DNA of 64,000 bases from the NCBI GenBank assembly GCA_038064895.1, contig JBBTSA010000010.1, forward strand, positions 182,616-246,615. The letters are read 5' to 3'. Of this stretch, positions 40,856 to 50,823 are shown one piece after another. The notes under the pieces are model-generated. The model made no database searches and was not told where the DNA came from. It saw nothing but the letters and a program-made list of their open reading frames with translations. Numbering within the stretch: position 1 is the stretch's first letter; each line of letters begins with the position of its first letter. Source of the DNA: Patescibacteria group bacterium (GTDB lineage Bacteria > Patescibacteriota > Microgenomatia > Daviesbacterales > UBA10151). The translations under genes and the position numbers were made by a program.

Positions 40856-43000
40856 TCAGTTTTTAACTTTTAATTCTTCAGGATTATGTATCAATTTGTA
40901 AATTCTTACTCCATTTACTTCCCACTCCTTTTCAACTATTGCCCATCCAAAGTGGGAAATTTCCTGTTTAGGATGACCTACAGGGTTGCAAACAGGATCC
41001 TCACAAACAACAAAAAGCTGATCTGTTTTTGTAAAAGGTAATTGCTGTGGTTTATGTCCAAACTCATCCAAATAAAACTGGTAAGACGGATCATAATTTC
41101 TTTCTGCTAGTAAAGCAAAATTAAAGGGTCTATACTCCGATTGTTCAATGATAAACTTTGCAACATCCTTGGCTCTTCCAAGTTGATTATTTGGAGGATT
41201 TTTAAGAGGACTCTTTTCAAGATTAAGAAAAATAAGAGTTATGATTAGAAGTCCTAAAATAAGAGTTTTAAATTTTTTTGATATTTTAAGAGTTGCCAAT
41301 GAGCCAAAAAGAAGAAAGGGCACAGGATTTAAAAATCCCAAATAATGATCGTAGATGTCCTTTTGGTAAAAAGAAACTCCTAGAAGTCCTACAATAAGCC
41401 ATACCCCCAAAGCAAATGTTGGCCAGCTTTTTCTGAAAAGGGCTAAAAGTATTAGAATTGATAGAATTAAAGCAAGCTGCATATTTTCCCCAGCCATATA
41501 TCTTCCTATTAAGTTTTCCGAAAAAATTTGAGGGATCTTTTTAAAATTTTCAAATATGTTCCCTGAAACTGCGTTTGAAGTTGTAAAAAACTCCCTTATT
41601 GCTCTGTAATTTAAAAAATTGTGTTTAAGGTCAAACATTAAAAGTGGCGACATTACAACTAAAAATACAACTACTGCTCCTACAGTCCCCTGCCAAAAAT
41701 ATCTCCCCTTTTTTGTAATAAATTCAAAAATCCAAAAAATCCCAAGTATCGGAAGCAAAATTAATGCAAGGTAATGCATTTGTAAAGCCGCAGCGGCGGA
41801 TGCTCCTGTTAAAATTAACCACCTCGAATTCCCTGTGGAATGAGCTTTATAAAAACCTAATACCGCAAGTAATGCAAAAAAGGGAGTGGGATTAGGATTC
41901 CAGGAAAAATTTGAATAATTTATTGTCACGGGTGATATTGCGTAAAAAAAACTTGCAATAAGTCCGCTCATCCTTCCAAACCAAACTTTCCCAAAGTAGT
42001 ATATTAGAAATACACAAGTAACTCCAATTAAAGCATTCATTACGGAAGCCGAAACGGGGTTGAGGTTTGTTAGTACCATGGGTATAAACATCATGTAATA
42101 ATAGAGAGGCCCCAAATAAATATTTCCTACGGATGATGGGGGACCAATGGCTGGAAAATTTTTACCCTTCACCATATCTTGAACAATCAAAACATCTCTG
42201 CCCTCATCACCTAAAAATAGCATGTACTCATCTATTCTATAAAGACGAAAGAAAGCGGCCAGAACTAAAACACCTATTAGAAGTAAAAAAAGAAATTTTT
42301 GATCCTTCAGTTTCCACCAAAGCCTTAAAAGATCAACATACGAGCGGATAATTACTGTAAGAGTTGCACCGGTTGGCTTTCCTGAAAGTCTTGGATAATG
42401 ACTAACCCCAACTTGCGCAATTTTAAATCCGGCCTTTTTTACCTTTATTGCAAGTTCCGCATTTATCATTGCCCCACGGGTTGACTCAAGATGAGGAATT
42501 TTCTCTAAAACATTTTTTTTAATCATCTTAAAACCGCAGTCAACATCTCTAAATGTTAATCCAAAGAATATAAAAAGTGAGGCCTTCCAGCCTTTTTTAA
42601 ATAAAATCCGCAAATATGGATCCTGCCTTTTAATGCGGTATCCCAGGATAAGATCATGCTCTTCAATTTTTTCTAAAAATTTTTCAACTTCCGCAAAATC
42701 AAACTGTCTGTCTCCATCCGTATAACAAACAGTGTCGTATTTTGCATTATAAAACCCCGATTTTAATGCTTCTCCATATCCTAAATTTTTCTCATGATGA
42801 ATTACTTTAATCTTGGGATTGTCTTCGGAAAGCCTATCTGCTATTTGTCCTGTTTTATCTGATGAACCATCATCAATAAGCAAAATCTCATAATCTATTT
42901 TTAAATTATTTAATACAGAAATTGCTTTTTCTACACTTTGCTGAACGTTTCCTTCCTCATTATATAGAGGGAAAAATACAGATAGATTTTTAACTGGCAT
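40856..43000 (-). CDS. Fusion: GT2 polyprenol-phosphate sugar synthase plus ArnT-like GT-C transferase
   Basis: N-terminal PLYNEE, DDGSSD, NLGYG, TDGDRQFD and DVDCGFK; C-terminal FLGDEGRD, YLGPLYYY and SWNPN. Confidence 0.85.
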   Translation of the reverse strand: MPVKNLSVFFPLYNEEGNVQQSVEKAISVLNNLKIDYEILLIDDGSSDKTGQIADRLSEDNPKIKVIHHEKNLGYGEALKSGFYNAKYDTVCYTDGDRQFDFAEVEKFLEKIEEHDLILGYRIKRQDPYLRILFKKGWKASLFIFFGLTFRDVDCGFKMIKKNVLEKIPHLESTRGAMINAELAIKVKKAGFKIAQVGVSHYPRLSGKPTGATLTVIIRSYVDLLRLWWKLKDQKFLFLLLIGVLVLAAFFRLYRIDEYMLFLGDEGRDVLIVQDMVKGKNFPAIGPPSSVGNIYLGPLYYYMMFIPMVLTNLNPVSASVMNALIGVTCVFLIYYFGKVWFGRMSGLIASFFYAISPVTINYSNFSWNPNPTPFFALLAVLGFYKAHSTGNSRWLILTGASAAAALQMHYLALILLPILGIFWIFEFITKKGRYFWQGTVGAVVVFLVVMSPLLMFDLKHNFLNYRAIREFFTTSNAVSGNIFENFKKIPQIFSENLIGRYMAGENMQLALILSILILLALFRKSWPTFALGVWLIVGLLGVSFYQKDIYDHYLGFLNPVPFLLFGSLATLKISKKFKTLILGLLIITLIFLNLEKSPLKNPPNNQLGRAKDVAKFIIEQSEYRPFNFALLAERNYDPSYQFYLDEFGHKPQQLPFTKTDQLFVVCEDPVCNPVGHPKQEISHFGWAIVEKEWEVNGVRIYKLIHNPEELKVKN

Positions 43001-43022
43001 GGTAATATGCTAACATCAAATT
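43001..43022. promoter_or_regulatory. Overlapping divergent extended -10 promoters (putative, leaderless)
   Basis: TGcTAACAT (+, 43008-43016) and TGtTAGCAT (-, 43015-43007), each 6 nt from its ATG. Confidence 0.55.
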
Positions 43023-44171
43023 ATGAACAAAACAACGAAAAACCTTGGTTTAATAGCAATTTTAACTTTCATCATAACCATAACTATCTGGCTGCCTCAC
43101 ATTTTAGCTCTTCCCAATTTTTGGGGACTAAATTTTTCAAACGGCTTTGCGTCAGTTTATAGAAATTTTGACGGTTTGGAATATATTGTTATTGCAAAAA
43201 GTTTTTATAATCCCGAAATTATAAAAGATTTCCCCTATTCTTTAAATCCAAATTATTATGCCTCCCACTTTCCGGGTTATGCTCTCCTTATTGCCCTTTT
43301 TGCACCCTTTTTAGGATACCTTAAATCCATGCTTGCTGTTTCTTTCTTATCAACAATACTTGCTACTTGGGCTTTCTATTTACTGGTACGCGATTTTAAG
43401 CTTACTGCAAATCCCCTTCTTCTTTCATTAATTTTTCTAATTTTACCTGCACGCTGGCTAATAGTTCATTCTGTAGGATCTTCCGAACCAACCTTTATAT
43501 TACTTTTAATAATGGCTGTTTATTTTTTTATGAAGTTTGAAACATCAGGTAAATTCTCCTTCTTAACTTTGTCCGGCCTTTTTGGTGCAACTTCACAACT
43601 GACAAGACCTCCCGGGATTTTGCTTATGACTGCATTAGGACTCTATATATTATGGCGTTTTTTAAAAAAACGTTCCCTTTCTTATATATTTTCATTTTAT
43701 CCGCTCCTTTTTATTCCTCTTACACTTTTAGGAATTTTCTACTTTTACTTACTTACTTATCAGGATTTTTTTGCTTATTTTCACAGTGGAGATAATATTC
43801 ATTTAACTTTCCCCCCATTTCAGGTTTTCAACAAGGATCAATTTTGGGTAGGAGAGGCTTGGCTTGAGGATATTATCTATATTTTTATATTGGGTTTTCT
43901 GGCATCTATAATGCTACTTAAGCAAAAACTTTATGTTTTTGCATTTTTTGTATTGACATACCTTACAGCATCAACATTCATTGCACATCGTGACATCTCA
44001 AGATATTTGCTTCCCATAACTCCTTTTGTCTTAATTGCCTTTGAGAAAGTTTTGGTGAGTAAGGAATTTAAAATTATCTTACCTATTATTGCTTTGGCAA
44101 TATATCTTTATGCTCAAAATTTTATTCTCCAAAATACTGCTCCAATTCCAAACCTACAACTTTATAACTAA
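43023..44171 (+). CDS. PIG-V-like membrane glycosyltransferase (GT-C)
   Basis: NFDGLEY, HFPGY, SEPTF, TRPPG and RY motifs; same motif order as 2816..3976. Confidence 0.65.
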   Translation: MNKTTKNLGLIAILTFIITITIWLPHILALPNFWGLNFSNGFASVYRNFDGLEYIVIAKSFYNPEIIKDFPYSLNPNYYASHFPGYALLIALFAPFLGYLKSMLAVSFLSTILATWAFYLLVRDFKLTANPLLLSLIFLILPARWLIVHSVGSSEPTFILLLIMAVYFFMKFETSGKFSFLTLSGLFGATSQLTRPPGILLMTALGLYILWRFLKKRSLSYIFSFYPLLFIPLTLLGIFYFYLLTYQDFFAYFHSGDNIHLTFPPFQVFNKDQFWVGEAWLEDIIYIFILGFLASIMLLKQKLYVFAFFVLTYLTASTFIAHRDISRYLLPITPFVLIAFEKVLVSKEFKIILPIIALAIYLYAQNFILQNTAPIPNLQLYN

Positions 44172-44172
44172 T

Positions 44173-45357
44173 CTAATCCTCTTGATGTCTCCAGGTTACT
44201 AAATGATTCACCATAAAATTCCAAATCATAACAGGTGGGATTGTTGCAAAGAAATAAAAATTATTATATGCAATCTTTCTCCATCCCAGATCCACAAATC
44301 CATCTCCATAAGTTAAATGTAAAAATTTAACTATCAATACCCCTATTATTAGACCTCCTAGACTGACCAAGTTGAAAATTCCAAGCTTTTGCCAAAAAGA
44401 GGTTTTGGTTTTTCTGTATCTGAAAGTCCAAAAATTATTCAATATAAAATTATTTACAATCGCAATCTCTGTTGAAATCCCTTTTGATGTTGCAGGAGGA
44501 AAACCTAAAGCATTTATAAAAACTTTGTAAAAGAAAAAGTCAACCAGAGTACCTGTAAATCCAACAAGCCCGAATTTAACAGGGGTTTTGGCTCTTCTGC
44601 TTATCTTAAATAGAGGTATCTTTATTCCCAACTGTTTAAATTTTGCATCAAGACAGTATGTAATTACATCATAAGTATAGTTGAAAACTTTATTTTTGGA
44701 ATATCCCTCAAGACGGTTTTTGAAAATTAAGGGAACCTCTTTATATTTTGCGCCGGATAAAATTGCCTCATGTAAAAAAGCAGGCTGCACTATAAAAGTC
44801 TTTTCTCTCCAAGGAAGCCTATGTAAGTTAATCTTTTTGAAAAGTGCAGGGGTAAAAGCTCTTGCCGAATTTGTAAACTCTTTTATGTCGGACGGACCCA
44901 TTACAACCCTGCAAAAGGCTGATGCACCATAAGTAAAAAGTCTACGCCCGAAAGTAAGCTGATTTTTCCCACCCTCTACAAACCTTGAACCAATAGCCAG
45001 GGTGTAACCTTCCTCTATTGCTTTTATAAGCCTTACTAAAACATCCGGAACAACCTGTCCGTCTGCATCAAGTTGGGCAAGTATATTGGGTTTAAGTTTC
45101 TCTATAGAATATTTGTGTCCTAAAATAAGCCCTGCTCCCAAACCAGGATCTACTTTGAGAAGATGGATTCTTTTATTTTTACTTACCAAACCTCTTACAA
45201 TCTCATCGGTTCCATCAGAAGTCCTGATATCATCGCAAACAACTATATGAATTTCATATCCTTCCAAAATCTTTGCTTGCTCTAAAACTTTTTCAATGGT
45301 TTGGGCAATATTTGCTCTTTCGTTAAAGGTGGGTAAAACTACCGATACTATCTTCAT
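44173..45357 (-). CDS. Fusion: DPM1-like GT2 plus GtrA flippase domain
   Basis: VVLPTFNERAN, LDADGQ, GSRFVEGG and EVP.IF.NR..G.SK; C-terminal KFGLVGFTGTLVD...NNFILNNFWTF. Confidence 0.85.
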   Translation of the reverse strand: MKIVSVVLPTFNERANIAQTIEKVLEQAKILEGYEIHIVVCDDIRTSDGTDEIVRGLVSKNKRIHLLKVDPGLGAGLILGHKYSIEKLKPNILAQLDADGQVVPDVLVRLIKAIEEGYTLAIGSRFVEGGKNQLTFGRRLFTYGASAFCRVVMGPSDIKEFTNSARAFTPALFKKINLHRLPWREKTFIVQPAFLHEAILSGAKYKEVPLIFKNRLEGYSKNKVFNYTYDVITYCLDAKFKQLGIKIPLFKISRRAKTPVKFGLVGFTGTLVDFFFYKVFINALGFPPATSKGISTEIAIVNNFILNNFWTFRYRKTKTSFWQKLGIFNLVSLGGLIIGVLIVKFLHLTYGDGFVDLGWRKIAYNNFYFFATIPPVMIWNFMVNHLVTWRHQED

Positions 45358-46373
45358 CAGGAAAACTTTGCAAGATCCGAGTGAACCATAACTTTCACTA
45401 AATCCTTAAATTTAGTCTTTGGCTCCCATCCTAAAACTTTTTTGGCCTTCGAGGCATCCCCGCATAGCGGACCTGTTTGTACAGGAGGAATAAAATGAGG
45501 GTCTGTCACAACAAAATCTTTCCAGTCTAAATTAACAACAGAGAAAGCTTGTTCTGCAAATTCTTTAACGCTGTGAGTTTCACCTGTTGCTATAACAAAA
45601 TCATCAGGTTTATCTTGTTGCAACATCATCCACATAGCTTCAACATAATCGGGCGCATATCCCCAATCCCTTTTTGCATCCAAGTCCCCAAGCTTTAACT
45701 TACCGTTTTTTACAATCGGCTCGCCTATTTCATTTAAAGGTATCTCTTCTTTTTTACCGTTTTTAATACAGGCAACTGCTGCAGTTATTTTTCTTGTAAC
45801 AAAATTTAAACCCCTTCTTGGGCTTTCATGATTAAATAAAATCCCGCAGGAAATAAATTGTGGACTCTTGCGATCCGATCTTGCAATTTGCGCCATTCTG
45901 TGAGCAAACTCTTTGGAAGCAGCATAAGGATTCGTAGGATTAAAAGGGGTATCTTCATTTTGCGGACTTTGTTTTGGTATACCAAACATTTCCGATGTGG
46001 ATGCCTGATAGATTTTTGCATCCGGAACAATCTGTTTTGCCCGTTCAAATACATGAAGAGCTCCAACACCTGTTATCATAATTGATGCAAATTTGTCCGT
46101 AAAAGATCCCAAAGGCGAAGATAAAGAAGCAAGATTATAAATCTCACCGGGCTTAAAATCCAAAAGTGCAAGTGCTATGGATTCGGGAGATTGCAGGTCA
46201 CCATAATATATCTTTACCTCTTCTTTAATCTCGTCAATGTTTCCAAGATCGGAAACAGCAGTTCGTCTAACTAACCCTGCAACTTCATATCCTTTACCCA
46301 ATAAAAACTCCGTCAGGTATGAGCCGTCCTGACCCGAGATTCCTGTTATGAATGCCCTTTTGTTACTTGCCAT
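45357..46373 (-). CDS. gmd: GDP-mannose 4,6-dehydratase
   Basis: ITGISGQDGSYL, YQASTSEMFG, PYAASK, GILFNHESPRRG..FVTRKIT and RDWGYAPDYV motifs. Confidence 0.93.
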   Translation of the reverse strand: MASNKRAFITGISGQDGSYLTEFLLGKGYEVAGLVRRTAVSDLGNIDEIKEEVKIYYGDLQSPESIALALLDFKPGEIYNLASLSSPLGSFTDKFASIMITGVGALHVFERAKQIVPDAKIYQASTSEMFGIPKQSPQNEDTPFNPTNPYAASKEFAHRMAQIARSDRKSPQFISCGILFNHESPRRGLNFVTRKITAAVACIKNGKKEEIPLNEIGEPIVKNGKLKLGDLDAKRDWGYAPDYVEAMWMMLQQDKPDDFVIATGETHSVKEFAEQAFSVVNLDWKDFVVTDPHFIPPVQTGPLCGDASKAKKVLGWEPKTKFKDLVKVMVHSDLAKFS

Positions 46374-46399
46374 AATCTTTTGTTACTATACCTAATTCT

Positions 46400-47287
46400 C
46401 TAATCCTTTTCAATCTCCTGTCTAAAAACTTTAATATTTTCTTCAACTGTTGCTAAAATCCCATCTCCAAACTCCCTAATAAACTTGGTGGGATCAAGCC
46501 ACGAGTACTTAAGTATTGGAGCCTTTTTATCTTTGTTGTATTCATCCAAAGTAATAGGCTCTACTAAAGATGCGTCTAAATTAAATTCTTTTGCCAAAAG
46601 TTTTGCAAACTCAAAAGGGGTAGTCCAATTTGTCGATACAACATGAAATAATCCCGGTGGCCTTTTTTTAATAATGGCAAACAAAGCATTAGCTACATAT
46701 TCAACAAAAATGGGAGTTACTCTTGCATCCGATATTGCTTTTATCTTACGGTTACGGTTTAATTGCTCCAGGAAAAATCTTGCAATATCCTTTTTTAATT
46801 CGTAGTGCGGGCTAAAAGGCATTGCAATCCGAACTATACTAAACTTACAACCGCTATTTAAAACTTCCTGCTCTGCAAAATATTTTGTTTGCCCGTACCA
46901 ATTTTTAGGATCAGGCGTATCCTCTTCCGTATACGGTGCATCCGATTTCGTACCGTTGAAAACGTAATCTGTAGATATGTGAATTAAATAAACACCTTTT
47001 TTACTGCAAGCATCTGCAATATTTTTTGCGCCCCTGACATTAATCAGGTAACAGAGTCCACTCCTACCTCCTTTCTGCTCTTCAGCCCCCTGCACATTTG
47101 TAAATGCTGCGAAATTAACAGTGACATCAGGTCTAAAATCTTCTAAAGCTAAGTCAAGTTGATCTTTATTTAATATATCAACCTCATTAATAAGAGGGGC
47201 TTTTATTAGAAACTTACTCCTATAAATTTTGATAAAATGGGAACCAACTAAGCCGCTCCCTCCAAAAACCAGCAGTCTAGTTTCCAT
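46400..47287 (-). CDS. rmlD: dTDP-4-dehydrorhamnose reductase
   Basis: GGSGLVG, AAFTNV, HISTDYVF and YGQTK motifs; follows rmlBC. Confidence 0.88.
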   Translation of the reverse strand: METRLLVFGGSGLVGSHFIKIYRSKFLIKAPLINEVDILNKDQLDLALEDFRPDVTVNFAAFTNVQGAEEQKGGRSGLCYLINVRGAKNIADACSKKGVYLIHISTDYVFNGTKSDAPYTEEDTPDPKNWYGQTKYFAEQEVLNSGCKFSIVRIAMPFSPHYELKKDIARFFLEQLNRNRKIKAISDARVTPIFVEYVANALFAIIKKRPPGLFHVVSTNWTTPFEFAKLLAKEFNLDASLVEPITLDEYNKDKKAPILKYSWLDPTKFIREFGDGILATVEENIKVFRQEIEKD

Positions 47288-47835
47288 TATTTGAATCTCT
47301 TCGGGAATAGGTCTCTAAGATAAGGATTCTTTCTATCCCTTTGTGAAATAATTGGATTGGAAATAGGCCATTTTATTGCTAAATCCGGATCATCCCAGGC
47401 AATGGCCCTGGTATCACGACCATCCCAGTAAGCATCCACTAAATATGCATAATCTACTCCTTTTTCTCCTGTGACACAAAAAGAATTAGCAAGTCCAATC
47501 GGTACAAAAAGTCCTATCCTCCTTTCATCATTAATTTTAAAAGTTTCTACCTTGGCAAAGGTAGAGGAGTTTTCTCTTAAATCAACTATTGCAATAAATA
47601 CTTCTCCGGAAAGCGGATAAATAATTTTGTTCCACTCCTCGGCGTGAATACCTCTAATTACTCCGGGGATGGAATAAGAATGATTCATTTGCACCGGTTC
47701 AAACTTTATGCCTAAGAAATTTTCCAAATCATCTTTTCGAAACAATTCTCTAAAAAAACCTCTCTTATCTTTAAAGATCGGTCTTTCTAAAATTAAAAGT
47801 CCGTCAATTGAAGTTTTTTTAATAAAATCTGCCAT
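47287..47835 (-). CDS. rmlC: dTDP-4-dehydrorhamnose 3,5-epimerase
   Basis: DKRGFFRE, QMNHS.S..GVIRGIH, VDLR and WDDPDL.I.WP motifs. Confidence 0.92.
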   Translation of the reverse strand: MADFIKKTSIDGLLILERPIFKDKRGFFRELFRKDDLENFLGIKFEPVQMNHSYSIPGVIRGIHAEEWNKIIYPLSGEVFIAIVDLRENSSTFAKVETFKINDERRIGLFVPIGLANSFCVTGEKGVDYAYLVDAYWDGRDTRAIAWDDPDLAIKWPISNPIISQRDRKNPYLRDLFPKRFK

Positions 47836-47836
47836 C

Positions 47837-48841
47837 TTAGCCTTTGTATGACTTTTGCGCTACTCTGTCAACATTTGGCCTGCCTTTTTTTAAAGGCTTC
47901 CACCACCACGCATTCTTTTTATACCACCTAACAGTTTCTAAAAGCCACTCATCAAATGGATGTGCCGGCTGCCAGCCTAAACTCTTAAGTTTACGATCGT
48001 CTATAGCATATCTAAAATCATGACCTAATCTGTGTCCCACATTTTCTATCCAGGACTCATCTTTTTCTAAAATCTTAAGAATTTTTTTTGCAACTTCTAT
48101 ATTTGTTTTTTCCTCCCCGCCAACACAGTAAGTTTCTCCCAACTCACCTTTTTGTAAAACCGTATCTATTGCCCTTGAGTGATCATCAACATATAGCCAG
48201 TCCCTGATATTTTCTCCTTCACCCATAAGTGGTACTTTTTTACCTTCAAGCAAATTTGTAATAAAACGGGGGATAAGTTTCTCGATATCCTGATAAGGAC
48301 CAAAATTATTTGAACAGTTTGTAATAGTGATCGGTAAACCGTAAGTTTGGTAATATGATCTTACTAAATGATCCGATCCTGCCTTTGAAGCAGAGTATGG
48401 AGTTCGGGGTGAATATGGGGTATTTTCATTAAATGGAGGATCTTTCGGACCTAATTGTCCAAATACTTCATCTGTTGATATATGATGAAATCTTTTTACT
48501 TTTGTATCCAAGGCAGCGTTTAGTAAAACCGCAGTACCTAAAACATTTGTTCTTACAAACTGCAGGGGATCAATGATTGACCTATCAACATGTGATTCTG
48601 CCGCAAAGTGAACAACTAAGTCCATACCTTCCATAGCTTTTCCAACAAATGCCTCATCACAAATATCTCCTTTAATAAAACTATAGTTTGGATTAGTCTT
48701 AAGATCCTTAAGACTTTCCAAATGTCCGGCATATGTTAATGCATCCAGGTTAACAATTTGATCTTGAGGATGATACTCCAACCAGTAATGGATAAAATTA
48801 GATCCAATAAATCCGGCTCCGCCTGTCACTAAAATTTTCAT
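47837..48841 (-). CDS. rmlB: dTDP-glucose 4,6-dehydratase
   Basis: GGAGFIGSNF, LDALTYAG, AAESHVDRSI, ISTDEV and PYSASKA motifs. Confidence 0.95.
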   Translation of the reverse strand: MKILVTGGAGFIGSNFIHYWLEYHPQDQIVNLDALTYAGHLESLKDLKTNPNYSFIKGDICDEAFVGKAMEGMDLVVHFAAESHVDRSIIDPLQFVRTNVLGTAVLLNAALDTKVKRFHHISTDEVFGQLGPKDPPFNENTPYSPRTPYSASKAGSDHLVRSYYQTYGLPITITNCSNNFGPYQDIEKLIPRFITNLLEGKKVPLMGEGENIRDWLYVDDHSRAIDTVLQKGELGETYCVGGEEKTNIEVAKKILKILEKDESWIENVGHRLGHDFRYAIDDRKLKSLGWQPAHPFDEWLLETVRWYKKNAWWWKPLKKGRPNVDRVAQKSYKG

Positions 48842-48908
48842 GCAATAAATTTTATCATATATGTTGAGTATTTGACCTAAATAATAGCATAATAACCTAA
48901 GTTAAGTT

Positions 48909-50414
48909 ATGAGAAAGAACTTAAAACTTATTTTAATCATTTTAATTATAGGAGCGGTATATAGATTAAGTCTTACCTCAAACGGTAATTTTCTTTTTAA
49001 CATGGATAACGCGCGGGATATGGTTGATGTTAGAGAAATGGTTGAGACTTCTAAATTAAGATTAATTGGCCCAACCTCGGCAATTGAAGGCTTTTATAAT
49101 GGGCCGGCCTGGTATTATCTTTTGGCAATTCCATATATTTTATCTGGCGGTGATCCTTATGCATCAATCCTTATGGAAATTGCTCTTTGGGCTTTGGGAG
49201 GTTTTTTCTTAATATTTTTGGTTAAAGATTTTGGGAAGTTGGCAGCAGTTTCTGCCGGCTCTTTATGGATTTTATCAAACTATGTAGTTTTAACAACCTC
49301 ATATGCGTTTAACCCAAATCCAATTCTTTTCCTAACACCTCTTTTTATATTTTTTTTAAAGAAATACTTGGAAACTGAAAAGTTAGTTTTCTCTTTAGGG
49401 ATATTTTTATTGGCAGGATTATTTTTTAACTTTGAGATGAACTTTGGAGTATTTATACCCCTAGTTTTAATTTTTTCTGTATTTTTATCTGGAAAAAGAA
49501 ATATTTTTAAGAGTAAAAATTTCTGGCTGGGAGTTTTTATTTATCTCCTAACTTTAATGCCTCAAGTTGCCTTTGATATAAAACATAACTTTATAATGTC
49601 TAAATCTGTTATCAAATATTTAAGTGCAGGTAGCCCTGATCAAATAATTAACCCAATTAAAAGATTACCCTTAATTTCTGAGAAGTTTTTTAATGTTACC
49701 GTTCCAACGTTTATGAATCATCAATTTTTTACAAAATTACTGACTTATATTTTTTTTATGTCTTTGTACCTTTTCATTAAAAGAGGACATTGGAATAAGA
49801 ATTTAACAGTTTTAATTACATTACTTTATATACTCATACCATTCTTGGGGTATGTACTACTTCCCACAACTGTTAATCCTTGGCATTTAGGGGGAGTTGT
49901 TGCTGCAATAATTTTACTTTTTAATCTGCAATTTTTAGGAAGGCTTCCTACCTTGATTTTGTCTATTTTTGTCATCTATTTTGCTTTGATAAATATCAAT
50001 AACTATTTTAAAGAAAGGAGTATTCCAAGTAACGACCCATCAGTTTATAAAAATGAAGTTGCGGCAATAGATTATGTTTACAAAAAAGCAGAAGGTAAAA
50101 ATTTTAGTGTCTATACATATCTCCCTTCTGTTTACGATTATCCATATCAGTATTTATTTTGGTGGTATGGTAAAAAAACCTATGGATATATTCCCGGAGA
50201 ATATGTATATTCTCCAAACAAACCTCAATATATACCAAGCCAGGATAAATTCCAGGGATCTAAGAAAAATTACTCGGGTTTGGTTTTTTTAATTAAAGAA
50301 CCGGACAGAATTAAAATGAGACAAGCTTGGGAAAATGATTATAAAGATATGGAATTTATTTCCAAAGAAATGATTGGACCAATAGAGGTAGAGATTAGGA
50401 AAGAGAAGATGTAA
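48909..50414 (+). CDS. ArnT-like GT-C membrane glycosyltransferase
   Basis: FNMDNARD...LIGP...GPAWYY and FNPN motifs; related to the C-terminal domain of 40856..43000. Confidence 0.7.
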   Translation: MRKNLKLILIILIIGAVYRLSLTSNGNFLFNMDNARDMVDVREMVETSKLRLIGPTSAIEGFYNGPAWYYLLAIPYILSGGDPYASILMEIALWALGGFFLIFLVKDFGKLAAVSAGSLWILSNYVVLTTSYAFNPNPILFLTPLFIFFLKKYLETEKLVFSLGIFLLAGLFFNFEMNFGVFIPLVLIFSVFLSGKRNIFKSKNFWLGVFIYLLTLMPQVAFDIKHNFIMSKSVIKYLSAGSPDQIINPIKRLPLISEKFFNVTVPTFMNHQFFTKLLTYIFFMSLYLFIKRGHWNKNLTVLITLLYILIPFLGYVLLPTTVNPWHLGGVVAAIILLFNLQFLGRLPTLILSIFVIYFALININNYFKERSIPSNDPSVYKNEVAAIDYVYKKAEGKNFSVYTYLPSVYDYPYQYLFWWYGKKTYGYIPGEYVYSPNKPQYIPSQDKFQGSKKNYSGLVFLIKEPDRIKMRQAWENDYKDMEFISKEMIGPIEVEIRKEKM

Positions 50415-50823
50415 CTGTAATCTTTCTTTTTGTTTCATCTAAAGCCTCGAAGTTAATATAGGAAGTACTTTTTGGTAAAAAATCTTTTGCTTTTTCTGCC
50501 CACTCAATTAGACTGATATGATTTGAATCATTTCTAATTTCCTCAAGGCCTAATCCTTTTAACTGCTTCTCATTTTCCAGTCTATATAAATCAATATGGA
50601 AAAGCATTTTTTTAGAGTTTGGAATTTTATGTTGACGGATTAAAACAAAAGTAGGAGATATTATTTTTTCTTTGATCCCTAAGCCTTTGGCAAATCCTTG
50701 AACAAAAGTGGTTTTACCTGCACCTAAAGGCCCACTTAAAGCAATTACTCCATGAAGTTTGGAGGCAAGTTTTTTACCCAGGTCTTTAGTTTCTTTTTCT
50801 GAAAATGTTAGATAATGTTTCAC
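50395..50823 (-). CDS. tsaE: tRNA t6A biosynthesis ATPase TsaE
   Basis: LSGPLGAGKTTF, SPTFVL, HIDLYRL and IEWAE motifs. Confidence 0.95.
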   Translation of the reverse strand: MKHYLTFSEKETKDLGKKLASKLHGVIALSGPLGAGKTTFVQGFAKGLGIKEKIISPTFVLIRQHKIPNSKKMLFHIDLYRLENEKQLKGLGLEEIRNDSNHISLIEWAEKAKDFLPKSTSYINFEALDETKRKITVTSSLS

